Below, piece after piece: positions 40,705 to 51,490 of a stretch of DNA of 64,000 bases; positions within the stretch are counted from its first letter, which is position 1; the number at the start of each line of letters is the position of its first letter. Made by a program: the position numbers and the translations under genes. Origin of the DNA: a bacterium (GTDB lineage: Bacteria; Patescibacteriota; Patescibacteriia; UBA9934); the NCBI GenBank assembly GCA_027592325.1, contig JAQCKO010000002.1, positions 18,392 through 82,391 of the forward strand, read 5' to 3'. The notes below the pieces were generated by a model, which had not been told where the DNA came from, ran no database searches, and was given only the letters and a program-made list of their open reading frames with translations.

Positions 40705-43700
40705 ATGAACGAGTCTATGACACTCGGACGCCGAATGTTTAGTGCAGCAATTGCTTCACTTACCATTTTGGCAACCGCAGGGTTTGCAGCATTCGCTGTT
40801 CCACAAACTGCTGGAGCGGCAAGCGATGAAGGTGACCTTATTAAAGGATCACTTTCAGCAGTGTACTACCACGCTTATGATGGTATGCGCTATGCATTCC
40901 CTAATACAATGGTCTTCATGACCTGGTACAACGATTTCGACGATGTAGAGACACTTGATGACTCTGACATCGCTGACATCACACTTGGCGGAAACGTTGT
41001 TTACCGCCCAGGATCAACATGGGTGAAAATCACCACTGATCCTAAAACATACGCTGTATCAACAGGTATGATGCTCCATTGGATCGAAACCGAATCAGTT
41101 GCGACTGACTTCGCTGGATCTGACTGGAACACAAATATCCACGACGTCTCTGACGTATTCTTTGCTGATTACACAGTAGGAACATCACTTATGTCTGCCG
41201 ACGCATTTGACGGTATGACATACATGGATGGTGGAAATTACTACCTTGCTTGGGATGGAGAAAAGCGCATGCTTACAGATGACGGACGTATGGACAATAT
41301 GTTCGATGATTCTGCCTTCCTTGATGGAGCGGGAATTGATGACAGCGCCCTTTCAATGGGTGATGACGTCGATGGTCAGCTTTGCGCACTCGTTGACGCT
41401 GCGCAGCAAAATTGTGATGGTGCAGAAGAAATGGCAATGGGAGACGTAGAAGTTTCTCTTGCAACATCTTCACCTGATGGAACAAACATTCCAAAGGGAG
41501 TCACTTCACTTGAGGTAGCTGCTTTCGATTTCGAAGCAGGAGATGAGGATGCTGAGGTAGATGAACTTACGTTCCGCATGTACTCACTTGGTGCTACCAC
41601 AAACGTTTCAAACGTTTACCTTTACGAAGGAAATAGCCGTATTACGGATTCACGAAGTATCAATTCTTCAACACGTGAAGTAACCTTCGGAAGCCTTAAC
41701 CTTGACATTGAAGCGGGTGAAACACGTACATTCTCTGTACGCGTTGAAATCGCGAGCGGTGCAAGTACTGGTGACCTTGTTGGTTTCGAGCTTCAGAATG
41801 CTGATGCTGTAACCGTTGAAGGTGGAGACATAGATGGTTCATTCCCAGTGCGTGCTGATGAGCACGAAATCTCTGGAACGACTGTTGGTACGGTAACTGT
41901 AACCAAGAGCGGAACCATTACAAACCCATCACTTGGGCAAAAGACTGCAACAATCGGTAAATTCAAGGTTGCTGTTGCAACTGAGGATGCTTCAATCGAA
42001 GTTCTTACCCTTAAGATTGACAATGCAGCTGACCACGATAACTTCATGCTTTACGATGATTCTACCCTCGTTGCAGAAGGTGAATACATCGGAGATAAGC
42101 TTGTTCTCTTCGAACTCGATGATGAATTCGATATCGAACGTGGATCAAGCAATGTCTTCACGGTAAAGGCTGATGTTGGTGGAGATAGCTCAGATGCTGT
42201 AAAGGTATTCTTCGATAATAAGAATGACCTTACAGCAATTGGTGGTGACTACGGATTCAATATGAACGTAGACATCGGATCATCAGGAACTTACGATGGT
42301 GCGACTTGTACGTCATCATCAGGTAACTGTTCATACAGCGCGGTAGAAGGTGGGGATGTTTCAATCGTATTTGACGGCCCATCAACCGGAAAGGTTTCTG
42401 TGAACGCATCTGCGCAGAACATCTTTGAATTCACCATCACCACTCAGGCTGCGATTACTGTTAAAGACCTCGACATCATCGTTTACGCTGATGACGATGC
42501 AGACGGTGACGCAACTGACGCGGCTGAAGGTGGTACCGACACCGACACAACAGGACTTATCGGTGCTTCATCTGGAAACATTTCAAATATCCGCCTTGTA
42601 AACAAGGAAACCGGATCAACTGTGATGGGACCACTTGAACTCGACTCTACTGTTGACGGTGGAGACGATGCTGATCAGACCATTGACTTCACAAACGACT
42701 TCGAGATGGATGAAGACGAAAGTCTCACCCTCCAGGTGCTCGTTGACACAGAGTCAGGTCTTGCATCAGGAACCGAGCTCGCAGCAGCTCTTGACATTAG
42801 CGGACTCGTTCTTGAGGACGCAAATGGTGATTCAATCACGAATAGCACAAGCGTAACTCCTGTTACCGATCTTACTGGTAACAACCAGGAAGCGCTTTCA
42901 GCGACCCTTACCGTTAGCCTTGGCTCTTCTGGATCGAAGACACATGTTCAGGGTTCAAGCAATGAATTCATGAATAGCTTCAACCTTAAGGCAGGAGAAG
43001 CAGGTACAGTAACCGTTTCTGCGGTAACACTATCTGTTTACGCACATGACGCTGCATCAGGAACCTTCCAACTTGGAGACTGTGCTGCAGCTGACGAATG
43101 TGCTTCAAGCGATGTAGATGTACAGACCTTTATCTCTACATGTACGATTGAAGATAGCGAAGGAATGCAAATTGGAACGGCAAAGTCTCCATCATCTGAT
43201 GGAAACACCGTTTCATTCGATGACTTTGCTTGGGAAATTGGTGCGAATGCAAACGAAGAAGTTAATGTCTACTGTTCATTCAACCCATCTGCAGCTGCAT
43301 ACAGCGGATACTTCGGTATCGATATCGCTGATGTATCTGAAGACATTGTTGCAGAAGATTCAGAAGCCGTTTCTGTAACGGCAACTGGTGACGCTGTAAA
43401 CGGTGGAACATCACCAACAAATGTTGTGACTGTTGCAGAGTCAGGAACAGTTAACGTAACACTCCACTCATCAACTCCTGACGCTGATTTCCTTGTGACT
43501 TCAGCTGCAGAGGATTGGAACCTTGTTGCCGTTTATGACGCAACAGCAACCAATGAAGACTTCATGATCAAAGAGATCACCTTCAAGGAGTATGCGGCGA
43601 CTGCGCTTGGACAAAGTGCGAGCGCTTACAACAACAACATTGAGCGTGTACGTCTTGACTACCCAACCGAAGACGGTGCAGGTGCGACAGCGTATGCAAA

Positions 43701-44829
43701 TATTGTTGGATCAGAAGTAGAATTCACTGGAATCGACGGTTTCGTTGAATTCGGTGCATCAAGCTCACTCTTCAGCGTTTACGTTGACGTACCAGGAACC
43801 GACCGCGTTTCTGGAGACGCAACGTCGAATGAACGTGTAAGTATGGCATTCGATGTAGATGGTTCTGCGGATGATCAATTCCGTGCTGTTGGACAAGGAT
43901 CTAGCGTTGTAAAGAATGACGATGATGAGTCAGACATTACAAATGCTGCAACCTTCGTTGTGAAGGAGACCTACCCAACCGTTGCTCTCTCAGCAACAAG
44001 CCCTTCTGGAGCCGCTGTTCCTAGCGACCTCGCGGTGCTTAAGTTCAACGTTACTGCACACTCTAACGAGGGCGTAGTTATTGACGAGCTTATCTTCACC
44101 ATGAGCGCGACAGATAATGCTGGTACTCCAACAAAGTGGATTAACTGTGACGGAGATGCAAATGATGTCCAAGCGTCATCATTCGACTTCTACCAGAACG
44201 CAGGAACGCTTACCAAACTTGATGCAAGCGACGCTGAGTGGACTCTACTCGCTTCTGACGGAGACACTTGTGATGTAACTGCAGACACAGGTGCCGGTGA
44301 GCCAGTGAAATTCGTACGCCTTGATCTTGCAACACCAGAAGTGGTACCAGCAGGAACAACGGCAACGTATGAACTTCACTTCAATGCGGCTGGTGCTTCA
44401 TCATCATCAGATGACAGCATTCAATTCGGACTTGCAGAAGATCCAATTGTTGCTGAGGCTTCATTCCTCGCAGGATCAGATCTTGACGATGTTACTGCAG
44501 TAACAGACGCAACAATTCCTGTAACTGCGACAACGTCATACTCTGTTGGAGACATCGTTTGTCTTGATGACGAAGATGATGCCTGTGACGCTGATGACGA
44601 GCTCGCCTTGGTAACCGGTATTTCAGCTGGCGTAAGCTTGACTGTTGTACGTGGATACCTTGGAACTACACCAGTCGCAGCCGGAGTTGCTGCTGACGAT
44701 GTAGACCGTATTCCTGGCGCATTCTTCTGGCAGGATGATGGTACAAATGCGTCAAGCGCGACCGGAGAATACTGGGGATCTTACCTAGTGGATGGTCTTG
44801 AGCTTACTGGTGGTGCTCTAACCTTCTAG
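40705..44829 (+). CDS. Giant secreted acidic surface protein (about 1375 aa mature; Asp/Thr/Ser/Gly/Val-rich; possible S-layer/adhesin)
   Basis: Signal peptide MTLGRRMFSAAIASLTILATAGFAAFAVPQTAGAAS; repeated D-x-D-G-D-like acidic blocks; strong terminator follows. The track ORF begins at 40519. Confidence 0.6.
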   Translation: MNESMTLGRRMFSAAIASLTILATAGFAAFAVPQTAGAASDEGDLIKGSLSAVYYHAYDGMRYAFPNTMVFMTWYNDFDDVETLDDSDIADITLGGNVVYRPGSTWVKITTDPKTYAVSTGMMLHWIETESVATDFAGSDWNTNIHDVSDVFFADYTVGTSLMSADAFDGMTYMDGGNYYLAWDGEKRMLTDDGRMDNMFDDSAFLDGAGIDDSALSMGDDVDGQLCALVDAAQQNCDGAEEMAMGDVEVSLATSSPDGTNIPKGVTSLEVAAFDFEAGDEDAEVDELTFRMYSLGATTNVSNVYLYEGNSRITDSRSINSSTREVTFGSLNLDIEAGETRTFSVRVEIASGASTGDLVGFELQNADAVTVEGGDIDGSFPVRADEHEISGTTVGTVTVTKSGTITNPSLGQKTATIGKFKVAVATEDASIEVLTLKIDNAADHDNFMLYDDSTLVAEGEYIGDKLVLFELDDEFDIERGSSNVFTVKADVGGDSSDAVKVFFDNKNDLTAIGGDYGFNMNVDIGSSGTYDGATCTSSSGNCSYSAVEGGDVSIVFDGPSTGKVSVNASAQNIFEFTITTQAAITVKDLDIIVYADDDADGDATDAAEGGTDTDTTGLIGASSGNISNIRLVNKETGSTVMGPLELDSTVDGGDDADQTIDFTNDFEMDEDESLTLQVLVDTESGLASGTELAAALDISGLVLEDANGDSITNSTSVTPVTDLTGNNQEALSATLTVSLGSSGSKTHVQGSSNEFMNSFNLKAGEAGTVTVSAVTLSVYAHDAASGTFQLGDCAAADECASSDVDVQTFISTCTIEDSEGMQIGTAKSPSSDGNTVSFDDFAWEIGANANEEVNVYCSFNPSAAAYSGYFGIDIADVSEDIVAEDSEAVSVTATGDAVNGGTSPTNVVTVAESGTVNVTLHSSTPDADFLVTSAAEDWNLVAVYDATATNEDFMIKEITFKEYAATALGQSASAYNNNIERVRLDYPTEDGAGATAYANIVGSEVEFTGIDGFVEFGASSSLFSVYVDVPGTDRVSGDATSNERVSMAFDVDGSADDQFRAVGQGSSVVKNDDDESDITNAATFVVKETYPTVALSATSPSGAAVPSDLAVLKFNVTAHSNEGVVIDELIFTMSATDNAGTPTKWINCDGDANDVQASSFDFYQNAGTLTKLDASDAEWTLLASDGDTCDVTADTGAGEPVKFVRLDLATPEVVPAGTTATYELHFNAAGASSSSDDSIQFGLAEDPIVAEASFLAGSDLDDVTAVTDATIPVTATTSYSVGDIVCLDDEDDACDADDELALVTGISAGVSLTVVRGYLGTTPVAAGVAADDVDRIPGAFFWQDDGTNASSATGEYWGSYLVDGLELTGGALTF

Positions 44830-44852
44830 TAACTCAACGCTTAACGCGAAAA

Positions 44853-44888
44853 ACAAAAGAGAGCCCTTCGGGGCCTCTTTTGTTTTTG
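44853..44888 (+). terminator. Rho-independent terminator after the giant surface protein gene
   Basis: aaaagagagccc-ttcg-gggcctctttt followed by gttttt. Confidence 0.6.
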
Positions 44889-44898
44889 GGCGAATTGT

Positions 44899-45165
44899 CA
44901 GTTCACCGCATCTGCAGGCTTGCAGTGCCGTGCCTCATTCACCGTACGCTTAGGTATGGCTCATTTCGGTGCTCGCGGGCGCATCTGCATCTACAGCAAC
45001 CTGATAATTCGCGGGTATTCGTCATTCCTTCGAAACGGTGGCAGGCAGGAAATTGTAAATTCTCGAGCGCAGCGAGAGATTTACTCGTCATCCCTGCGAA
45101 GGCAGGGATCCAGCGAATCGAATCCGACGAGCGATAGATTCCTGCCTTCGCAGGAATGACGAATG
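44899..45165. repeat. Composite dispersed repeat (module C followed by two module-B palindromes)
   Basis: Module C matches 31582-31690. Contains tcgtcatccctgcgaaggcagggatcc and its inverse gattcctgccttcgcaggaatgacgaa. Confidence 0.75.
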
Positions 45166-45239
45166 TATATTTCCCTTACAATGCGAAACCCCTAACCCAA
45201 CCTTTACAATCTACGCCCAAAACGGTAATCTTTCTCTAT

Positions 45240-45926
45240 ATGAAAGAAGCCATAAAGAAGCATTCTTCCCTTATTCTCTCAATTATTGTTGTCGCTCTTG
45301 CCGTCTTTGGCCTGTATTGGTTAGCAACCACCGATAATCGAAAGATTGTGAGAACACAATCAGTTGATATGACAGAAGAGGTACAGTATTCAGTTGATTA
45401 TCTTCAAAAATTGATTACAGCATCTATTGAGGCCACGAAGCAGGTGGGGGAAGAGGTAGAGCTTGATACGTATTTAGCGTTGTCTCGTCAATATAGTTTA
45501 CAAGGAGATTTGTGGAATGCGAGAACGTATGTAGAGCGAGTGCTCGAAAAAAATCCAATGAATTACGCTGTATGGGCAGCGTATGCGGACCTCAGCTACA
45601 ATATGAACGATTACGATGCTACAGAGGAAGGATTGAAACGGGCGATAGAATTGCTGCCTAATAATCCATCTTATTGGCGGGAAATGATCGAATTTCACGA
45701 ATTTCGGTATCCAGAAGAAGCGGAGCAACGATTTGCATTGCTTGAATCGGCTGTTCAAAATGCCGGCCAAGATGCCTATTTTATGCAAGAACTTGCCTAT
45801 TATTACGAATCAATCGGTGATTGTACCCGTGCTATCCAGCATATGAAAATAGCGGTAGATCAGTCACTTGCACCAGATCAGGCAAAAAACGATTTAGACG
45901 ACTTAGAACATAGGTGCGAAGGTTAG
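45240..45926 (+). CDS. TPR-repeat protein, N-terminally membrane anchored
   Basis: TM LILSIIVVALAVFGLYWL then TPR-like helices (YAVWAAYADLSYNMNDYDATEEGLKRAIELLPNN). Start at the ATG at 45240; the track ORF at 45156 runs through the repeat. Confidence 0.6.
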   Translation: MKEAIKKHSSLILSIIVVALAVFGLYWLATTDNRKIVRTQSVDMTEEVQYSVDYLQKLITASIEATKQVGEEVELDTYLALSRQYSLQGDLWNARTYVERVLEKNPMNYAVWAAYADLSYNMNDYDATEEGLKRAIELLPNNPSYWREMIEFHEFRYPEEAEQRFALLESAVQNAGQDAYFMQELAYYYESIGDCTRAIQHMKIAVDQSLAPDQAKNDLDDLEHRCEG

Positions 45927-45930
45927 AAGA

Positions 45931-45970
45931 AAAAACGCCCGTCGCTCTGGACAAAAAGGCGTTTTTTTGA
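45931..45970 (+). terminator. Candidate terminator after the TPR gene
   Basis: aaaaacgcc...ggcgttttttt; 9-bp stem with a long loop, then a T-run. Confidence 0.4.
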
Positions 45971-45984
45971 TACCTTCCCGTCTT

Positions 45985-47787
45985 ATGTTGAAACGCATCA
46001 AAGGGGCTTTTCAGTCCTTCAAAAACTGGATTAATATAAAACGTGGGCTTGGGCTGGGGGTTCTTGCCCTTATTCTGTTTAGTATTCTCTCGCGCGGTGG
46101 TGGAGCTTCTCAGGTGCCAGAGAATTTTGTGCCGACCTACAGCGTTCAGGCCATTTCGACATTCGAAACGCAATCTGCCTTTATTGAAACATCGGGAATT
46201 GTTGAATCGCTCGCGCAGGTTGATCTTCGTAGCGAAACGTCAGCGCCTGTTCGTAGCGTTTATGTAACAATTGGACAATCTGTTGTTAAGGGTCAGACAC
46301 TTATTGAATTTGAACGTGCAGATCTTGACGCGCAACTTGCGCAGGCGTCGGCAGGAGTTGATCGTGCCTATGCAAGCCTGCAAGCGCAGAAAATTGGTGC
46401 GCGTGAAGAAGACCTCGAACAAGCGCGTCTTGCTGTTGAGCAAGCAGAAGCAAGCCTGAATCAGGCAATCGCAAGCCGTGACCAAATTCGTATTCAGCAA
46501 GATACGGCTATTCGCAATATTGAACAAAATATTGATAATACCTATGAATCATCAGTGCAGGCGGCAGCTGCTTCTCTTGATGCAGCAATCGATGCGCTTG
46601 TGTTTATTTCTGATTATCAGAAGACATATTTCAGTTGTTTACAATCGATTTGTTATGCAATCCGCGATCCAAAAGCCGATGCCATTTACTCACTTTATGG
46701 GGTTCGTGATGCTGGTTTTTGGTCAACGCCTTCTATCCTTAACCTTTCAGGTGGAGTAGAAGCAGATATTACTTTCCTTGAATCAATGGATGAAATTGAT
46801 GGCGTCCTTGTTCGTGAGGTCCTAGAACGCCTCGAATCTGGACTGACTGATATCGCAACAAGCCTTGACGCGCTTCGTTCAGGGTTTTCACATCCTGTCG
46901 CTGCCGGTTCTTCTGCAGCGGACATTTCTGCAACCGATGTAAAGCGCGGGGCAATCAACGGATCGATTTCTGAGGTGCAAGGTACACAAACAGCCCTTGA
47001 TGCCGCAGAAGGCGGGACGATTGGTGAAGGAGAGCCGCAATCGCTCGAGGATGCAAAGCAGACGCGTGATGCTGCTCTTCGATCTGCAGATAGCCTTATT
47101 CTTGTGCAAGAAGCAGCGCTCAAAAGTGCGACAGCACGCTTGAGCACGATTGAAACGGGAGCGCGGGCGGTTGATCTTGCGCCTTTTGAAGCCTCTGTTC
47201 GTGAAGCGGAAGCAGCATATGCGCTTTTAGCAAGTCGGCTTCGAACCGTCGTAATCACGGCTCCTTTCGATGGAGTGGTTGCAACTCTACCGGCCCGAGT
47301 AGGTGAGCCTGTCGCGCCAGGTCAAATTATTGCTTCCGTTGTAAATGCCGCTGGGTTTGAGGTAAAGACTTATGTCAGTGCAGACGAAGCAAGACAAATT
47401 TCGGTGCATTCACGAGTATTTGTGAATGAAACAGAAGAAGCCGTTATTACGTATATTTCTCCGCGTATCGATCCAGCTACGGGAAAGGTTGAAGTACGGG
47501 TCGCGCTAACGGGTAATGCCGATTTCACGATAGGAGAATTTCTTCCTGTTGCAATTTCGATCAGAGAATCGTCAACTCTTGCGATACTTCTTCCACTTGA
47601 AGCAGTCCGCTTTGAAGCGGGTCGCAATCTTGTTTACACTGTAGTAGATGGACGTGCCGCCTCGATAGAGGTTGAGACGGGAGCTATTCGCGGAACAGCA
47701 ATCGAGGTAAGTGCCGTCGATTCTTCACTCGAGATTTTGACATCGGCACGCGGTATTGAAGAAGGACAAGAAGTAACCCTCAATTAG
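45985..47787 (+). CDS. Efflux RND transporter periplasmic adaptor (HlyD/membrane-fusion family, extended coiled coil)
   Basis: N-terminal TM, Ala/Gln-rich coiled coil, beta-barrel/lipoyl motifs (VVITAPFDGVVATLPARVGEPVAPGQIIASV); precedes the RND pump gene with a 1-nt gap. Confidence 0.7.
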   Translation: MLKRIKGAFQSFKNWINIKRGLGLGVLALILFSILSRGGGASQVPENFVPTYSVQAISTFETQSAFIETSGIVESLAQVDLRSETSAPVRSVYVTIGQSVVKGQTLIEFERADLDAQLAQASAGVDRAYASLQAQKIGAREEDLEQARLAVEQAEASLNQAIASRDQIRIQQDTAIRNIEQNIDNTYESSVQAAAASLDAAIDALVFISDYQKTYFSCLQSICYAIRDPKADAIYSLYGVRDAGFWSTPSILNLSGGVEADITFLESMDEIDGVLVREVLERLESGLTDIATSLDALRSGFSHPVAAGSSAADISATDVKRGAINGSISEVQGTQTALDAAEGGTIGEGEPQSLEDAKQTRDAALRSADSLILVQEAALKSATARLSTIETGARAVDLAPFEASVREAEAAYALLASRLRTVVITAPFDGVVATLPARVGEPVAPGQIIASVVNAAGFEVKTYVSADEARQISVHSRVFVNETEEAVITYISPRIDPATGKVEVRVALTGNADFTIGEFLPVAISIRESSTLAILLPLEAVRFEAGRNLVYTVVDGRAASIEVETGAIRGTAIEVSAVDSSLEILTSARGIEEGQEVTLN

Positions 47788-47788
47788 T

Positions 47789-50700
47789 ATGTGGACATTC
47801 TTCCTCCGCAATCTAAAATTCACCTTTGTTTTGGTTGCTATTTTAGCAATCATGGGTGTTATTGCCATGCTTCGTATTCCAAAGGAATCGAATCCAGAAG
47901 TGGTTATTCCGTTTTTGGTGGTTACGACGCCATTTCCAGGGGCAAATGCGATTGATGTTGAAGAGCTTGTCACAAATCCGCTCGAAGATGCCCTTCTTGG
48001 TGTCGATAATGTGAAAGAAATCACGTCGACATCGGGAACAGGATTTTCGTCAATTGGGATTGAATTTGAAATCGGTACCGATATTGATGATGTACGTGTA
48101 GACGTTGAAGGAGCGCTTGATCGCGGCCGAGCAGAATTCCCATCAGATGCGGAAGATCCTGTGCTTTCTGAGGTGAGTTTTGATGACACACCGATTAAGG
48201 TATTTTCGCTTTCTGGGAATTATCCCGTAGAGCAGCTCACAATTTTTGCAAAAGATTTGAAAGATGCGCTAAGCCGAATTCAAGGTGTAACAGATATTGC
48301 AATTAGCGGAGGGCGTGAGCGTGAAATTCGTGTTCTTGTTGATCGTGCAAAGCTTGATAGTTTTGGCCTTTCGCTCACGCAGGTGACAAATGCGATAAGC
48401 CGCGCAAATGCAACAATTCCTGTCGGTAATATTCAATCAAATGATCAGCAATATAGCGTCCGATTTGATGGACAATTACAGTCTGTAGAAGAAATTGCAA
48501 AGACAGCAATCACTGCTGGATTAGGCTCGCCAATTCTTGTGTCAGATGTTGCAGAGGTTATTGATGGATACGAATCCGTTACCAGTATTTCACAATTTAC
48601 ATCAAATGCTGGAACAGCACCGGCGATCACGTTATCAGTATTTAAAAAAGGGGACGGAAACATTTTACGCATCGTTTCAGAAGTAGATGATGTGATTGCG
48701 TCAGCGAGCGGTACTGTATTGCCGAGCGATATTTCTGTTGAAGTCATTGACGATACCGCAGAATTTATTCGAGAAGATTTAACAAACCTTTCCGTGAGTG
48801 GATTACAAACAACACTCATTGTTATTCTGCTTATTTTGTTCATGCTCGGGCCCCGTGAATCGGTCCTTGCTGGAATTTCGATTCCGCTGACGTTCTTAAT
48901 TACCTTTATTTTCCTTGGGGCATTTGGATTTACCATCAATTTTCTTTCACTTTTCTCGCTCGTTCTTGCTCTTGGAATTCTTGTCGATGCCGCTATTGTG
49001 ATTACCGAAGGTATTTACGAGAATATACAAAAAGGACTTCCAGCATCGGAGGCATCTGCAGCTGCGATTAAAGAATTTCAATATCCACTTACCGCAGGAA
49101 CGCTTACAACGGTTTTTGCATTCCTTCCAATGCTTACAGTTTCAGGGATTATTGGAGAATTTATCAAGAGCATTCCTGTCACAATTAGCATTGTACTTTT
49201 TGCCTCACTATTTGTGGCGTTAGGGGTTATTCCTGCCTTTGCCGCAGCATTTTTTGCGGTGAAAGAAAATACAAATAAAACACCTGGATTGTTCGCACGA
49301 ATGTTGCGTCCAGTCACGCAGCGTGTCGCAAATGTATATGATCGGCTGACAAGGGCGCGAGATCGTTTTGTTACCCGAGTGCAGGAGTCATACAGAGAAC
49401 GCCTTGTAAATCATCTTGTATCGAAAGGAAAAAAACGCGCCTTGATAGGTGGACTTGTTATCGCACTGATATTTAGCCTTTTTTTGCCGATTGGCGGCAT
49501 GCTTAAGGTGGACATGTTCCCAGCGACTGATATGGAACGTATTTACGTCGATATTTCGTATCCAATAGGGACGCCGATTGAAGTAACGGCTGAGCGACTT
49601 CCACTACTCGAAGCATATTTTTCAGAACGTAGTGAGATTGCTTCTTTTGCAACAACGGCAGGCGGTGGTTCATCGTTAACCGGAGGGACAGGTTCTCATA
49701 TTGTCTCAGCGACCATTAATTTACGTGAGGAGAAACGCCCTGATAGTCGTGATTTGATTGAAATCTATGATCGCGATTTGACTCCACTTGCCTCTCCAGG
49801 ATCGCTGACCGTTCAGCAACTAGGATCTGGTCCTGATGCCATGGCACCTGTAGCTATTAATATTGTTGGTGACGATCTTGTTACGCTTGAAGCGATTGCG
49901 TCACAATTTGAACGCCTTCTTACATCGATTCCAGGAACACGTATCGTCTCTTCGAGCGTTGAGGAAACAGCGGGAGAATTTGTTGTGCGCGCAAATCGAT
50001 CGGTCCTTGGAAATTATGGTATTACGGCGAGCGATATTGCGTTCGAACTTCGGTCAAGCGTTTATGGCGTGACAGCGATGACGCTTCGTGAAGATGGGGA
50101 AGATATTGATGTAAATGTAAAATATCAACTTTCTGATTCAGAAGACGCAGATCTTCGAAATGAAACAACGGCAAATCAACTCATGAATCTGACGATGGTT
50201 ACGCCGAAGGGAGATGTCCCGCTTAGTACATTTGCGACGATTGATCTTGAAGCTTCGCGAAATACCATTCGTCATACGGACGGAGATCGTATTGTAACGG
50301 TTTCAAGTGGTCTTCAGAAAGGGTTTGTGGTAAGTGACATTCTCGATGTTGTAACGGAAGAAATGGCCGACATGCAAATTCCGGATGGGTACAATGTGAG
50401 TTTCGGAGGTCAAAGCGAAGACATGCAATCGTTTATCGATCTTCTGATTGCAATGGTCTTCGGCATGGTGCTTATTATGATTCTTCTTGTGCTGCAATTT
50501 AGCTCATATCGCCAACCGCTGATCGTGGTTTCATCCGTGCCACTCGCGCTTATTGGTGTATTTCCTGGACTTGCATTGATTGGGCAACCGCTCAGTTTCC
50601 CTGGAATGATTGGAGTTGTGGCGCTTTCAGGAATTGTGGTGAATAATGGAATCATTTTGATTGACCGTTTTAATCAGCTACGGAAAGAAGGCATAGAGAC

Positions 50701-50914
50701 ACAGCCAGCGGTCATTGATGCAGCCGTCTCACGCCTTCGGCCAATTCTCCTTACCACGATCACAACGGTGGCAGGATTGCTTCCTTTGGTTATTTCTCAG
50801 CCATCATGGGCACCGCTTGGCTTTGCTATTATCTTCGGCCTATTGTTCTCGACCATCTTGACACTCTTTGTCGTGCCGATACTGTCTGATCGATACGCGG
50901 AGCCGCTTACATAA
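47789..50914 (+). CDS. RND-superfamily efflux permease (AcrB/HAE-like)
   Basis: 1041 aa, 12-TM architecture with two large periplasmic loops; N-terminus MWTFFLRNLKFTFVLVAILAIMGV typical of AcrB. Confidence 0.85.
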   Translation: MWTFFLRNLKFTFVLVAILAIMGVIAMLRIPKESNPEVVIPFLVVTTPFPGANAIDVEELVTNPLEDALLGVDNVKEITSTSGTGFSSIGIEFEIGTDIDDVRVDVEGALDRGRAEFPSDAEDPVLSEVSFDDTPIKVFSLSGNYPVEQLTIFAKDLKDALSRIQGVTDIAISGGREREIRVLVDRAKLDSFGLSLTQVTNAISRANATIPVGNIQSNDQQYSVRFDGQLQSVEEIAKTAITAGLGSPILVSDVAEVIDGYESVTSISQFTSNAGTAPAITLSVFKKGDGNILRIVSEVDDVIASASGTVLPSDISVEVIDDTAEFIREDLTNLSVSGLQTTLIVILLILFMLGPRESVLAGISIPLTFLITFIFLGAFGFTINFLSLFSLVLALGILVDAAIVITEGIYENIQKGLPASEASAAAIKEFQYPLTAGTLTTVFAFLPMLTVSGIIGEFIKSIPVTISIVLFASLFVALGVIPAFAAAFFAVKENTNKTPGLFARMLRPVTQRVANVYDRLTRARDRFVTRVQESYRERLVNHLVSKGKKRALIGGLVIALIFSLFLPIGGMLKVDMFPATDMERIYVDISYPIGTPIEVTAERLPLLEAYFSERSEIASFATTAGGGSSLTGGTGSHIVSATINLREEKRPDSRDLIEIYDRDLTPLASPGSLTVQQLGSGPDAMAPVAINIVGDDLVTLEAIASQFERLLTSIPGTRIVSSSVEETAGEFVVRANRSVLGNYGITASDIAFELRSSVYGVTAMTLREDGEDIDVNVKYQLSDSEDADLRNETTANQLMNLTMVTPKGDVPLSTFATIDLEASRNTIRHTDGDRIVTVSSGLQKGFVVSDILDVVTEEMADMQIPDGYNVSFGGQSEDMQSFIDLLIAMVFGMVLIMILLVLQFSSYRQPLIVVSSVPLALIGVFPGLALIGQPLSFPGMIGVVALSGIVVNNGIILIDRFNQLRKEGIETQPAVIDAAVSRLRPILLTTITTVAGLLPLVISQPSWAPLGFAIIFGLLFSTILTLFVVPILSDRYAEPLT

Positions 50915-50987
50915 TGTTTGTCGATCGTTCGAATTTGTAGACTCAAATTCTGGATTCCACGTGAGATTGGTATAATGCACAAAAAGT

Positions 50988-51449
50988 ATGAATCAAGCAC
51001 AAAAAGGGTTTACGTTGATTGAAATTTTGTTGGCCGTTTCTGCCATTGCAATCTTGGCAGGAATTATTATTCTTGCCTTAAATCCCCCAGTGCAGCTAGG
51101 AGAAACACGTAATGCGCAGCGATCATCTGATATAAACATCATAATGAATGCGGCGTATCAATACGCCCGTGACAACAATGGAACGTTGCCAGCATCTATT
51201 CCGGAAGATTCTGATTGTGCAGGAACGGCAATAAATGAAATTTGTACAACCGGTGCAGCATCATGCACGGGCCTTGTTGATCTTTCCGTTCTTACCTTGA
51301 ACGAAACATATCTTGTTTCTTTGCCACTTGACCCTCAAGGATCAGGGGCAAATACTGCAGGATATCACATCGCGAAAAGCTCAAATGGACGTTTGACCGT
51401 TTGTGCACCAGATGCTGAACGGAGCGCAACCATTTCTGCAACTCGCTAG
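50988..51449 (+). CDS. Type IV pilin-like / pseudopilin (prepilin N-terminal cleavage-methylation domain)
   Basis: MNQAQKGFTLIEILLAVSAIAILAGIIILA is a class III signal; the C-terminal region has several Cys. Confidence 0.7.
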   Translation: MNQAQKGFTLIEILLAVSAIAILAGIIILALNPPVQLGETRNAQRSSDINIIMNAAYQYARDNNGTLPASIPEDSDCAGTAINEICTTGAASCTGLVDLSVLTLNETYLVSLPLDPQGSGANTAGYHIAKSSNGRLTVCAPDAERSATISATR

Positions 51450-51464
51450 TATCTAGGCAAAATT

Positions 51465-51490
51465 GGGGCACTGTGCCTCTTTTTTGTTTG
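51465..51490 (+). terminator. Weak terminator after the pilin gene
   Basis: ggcac-tg-tgcc stem followed by tcttttttg. Confidence 0.35.
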
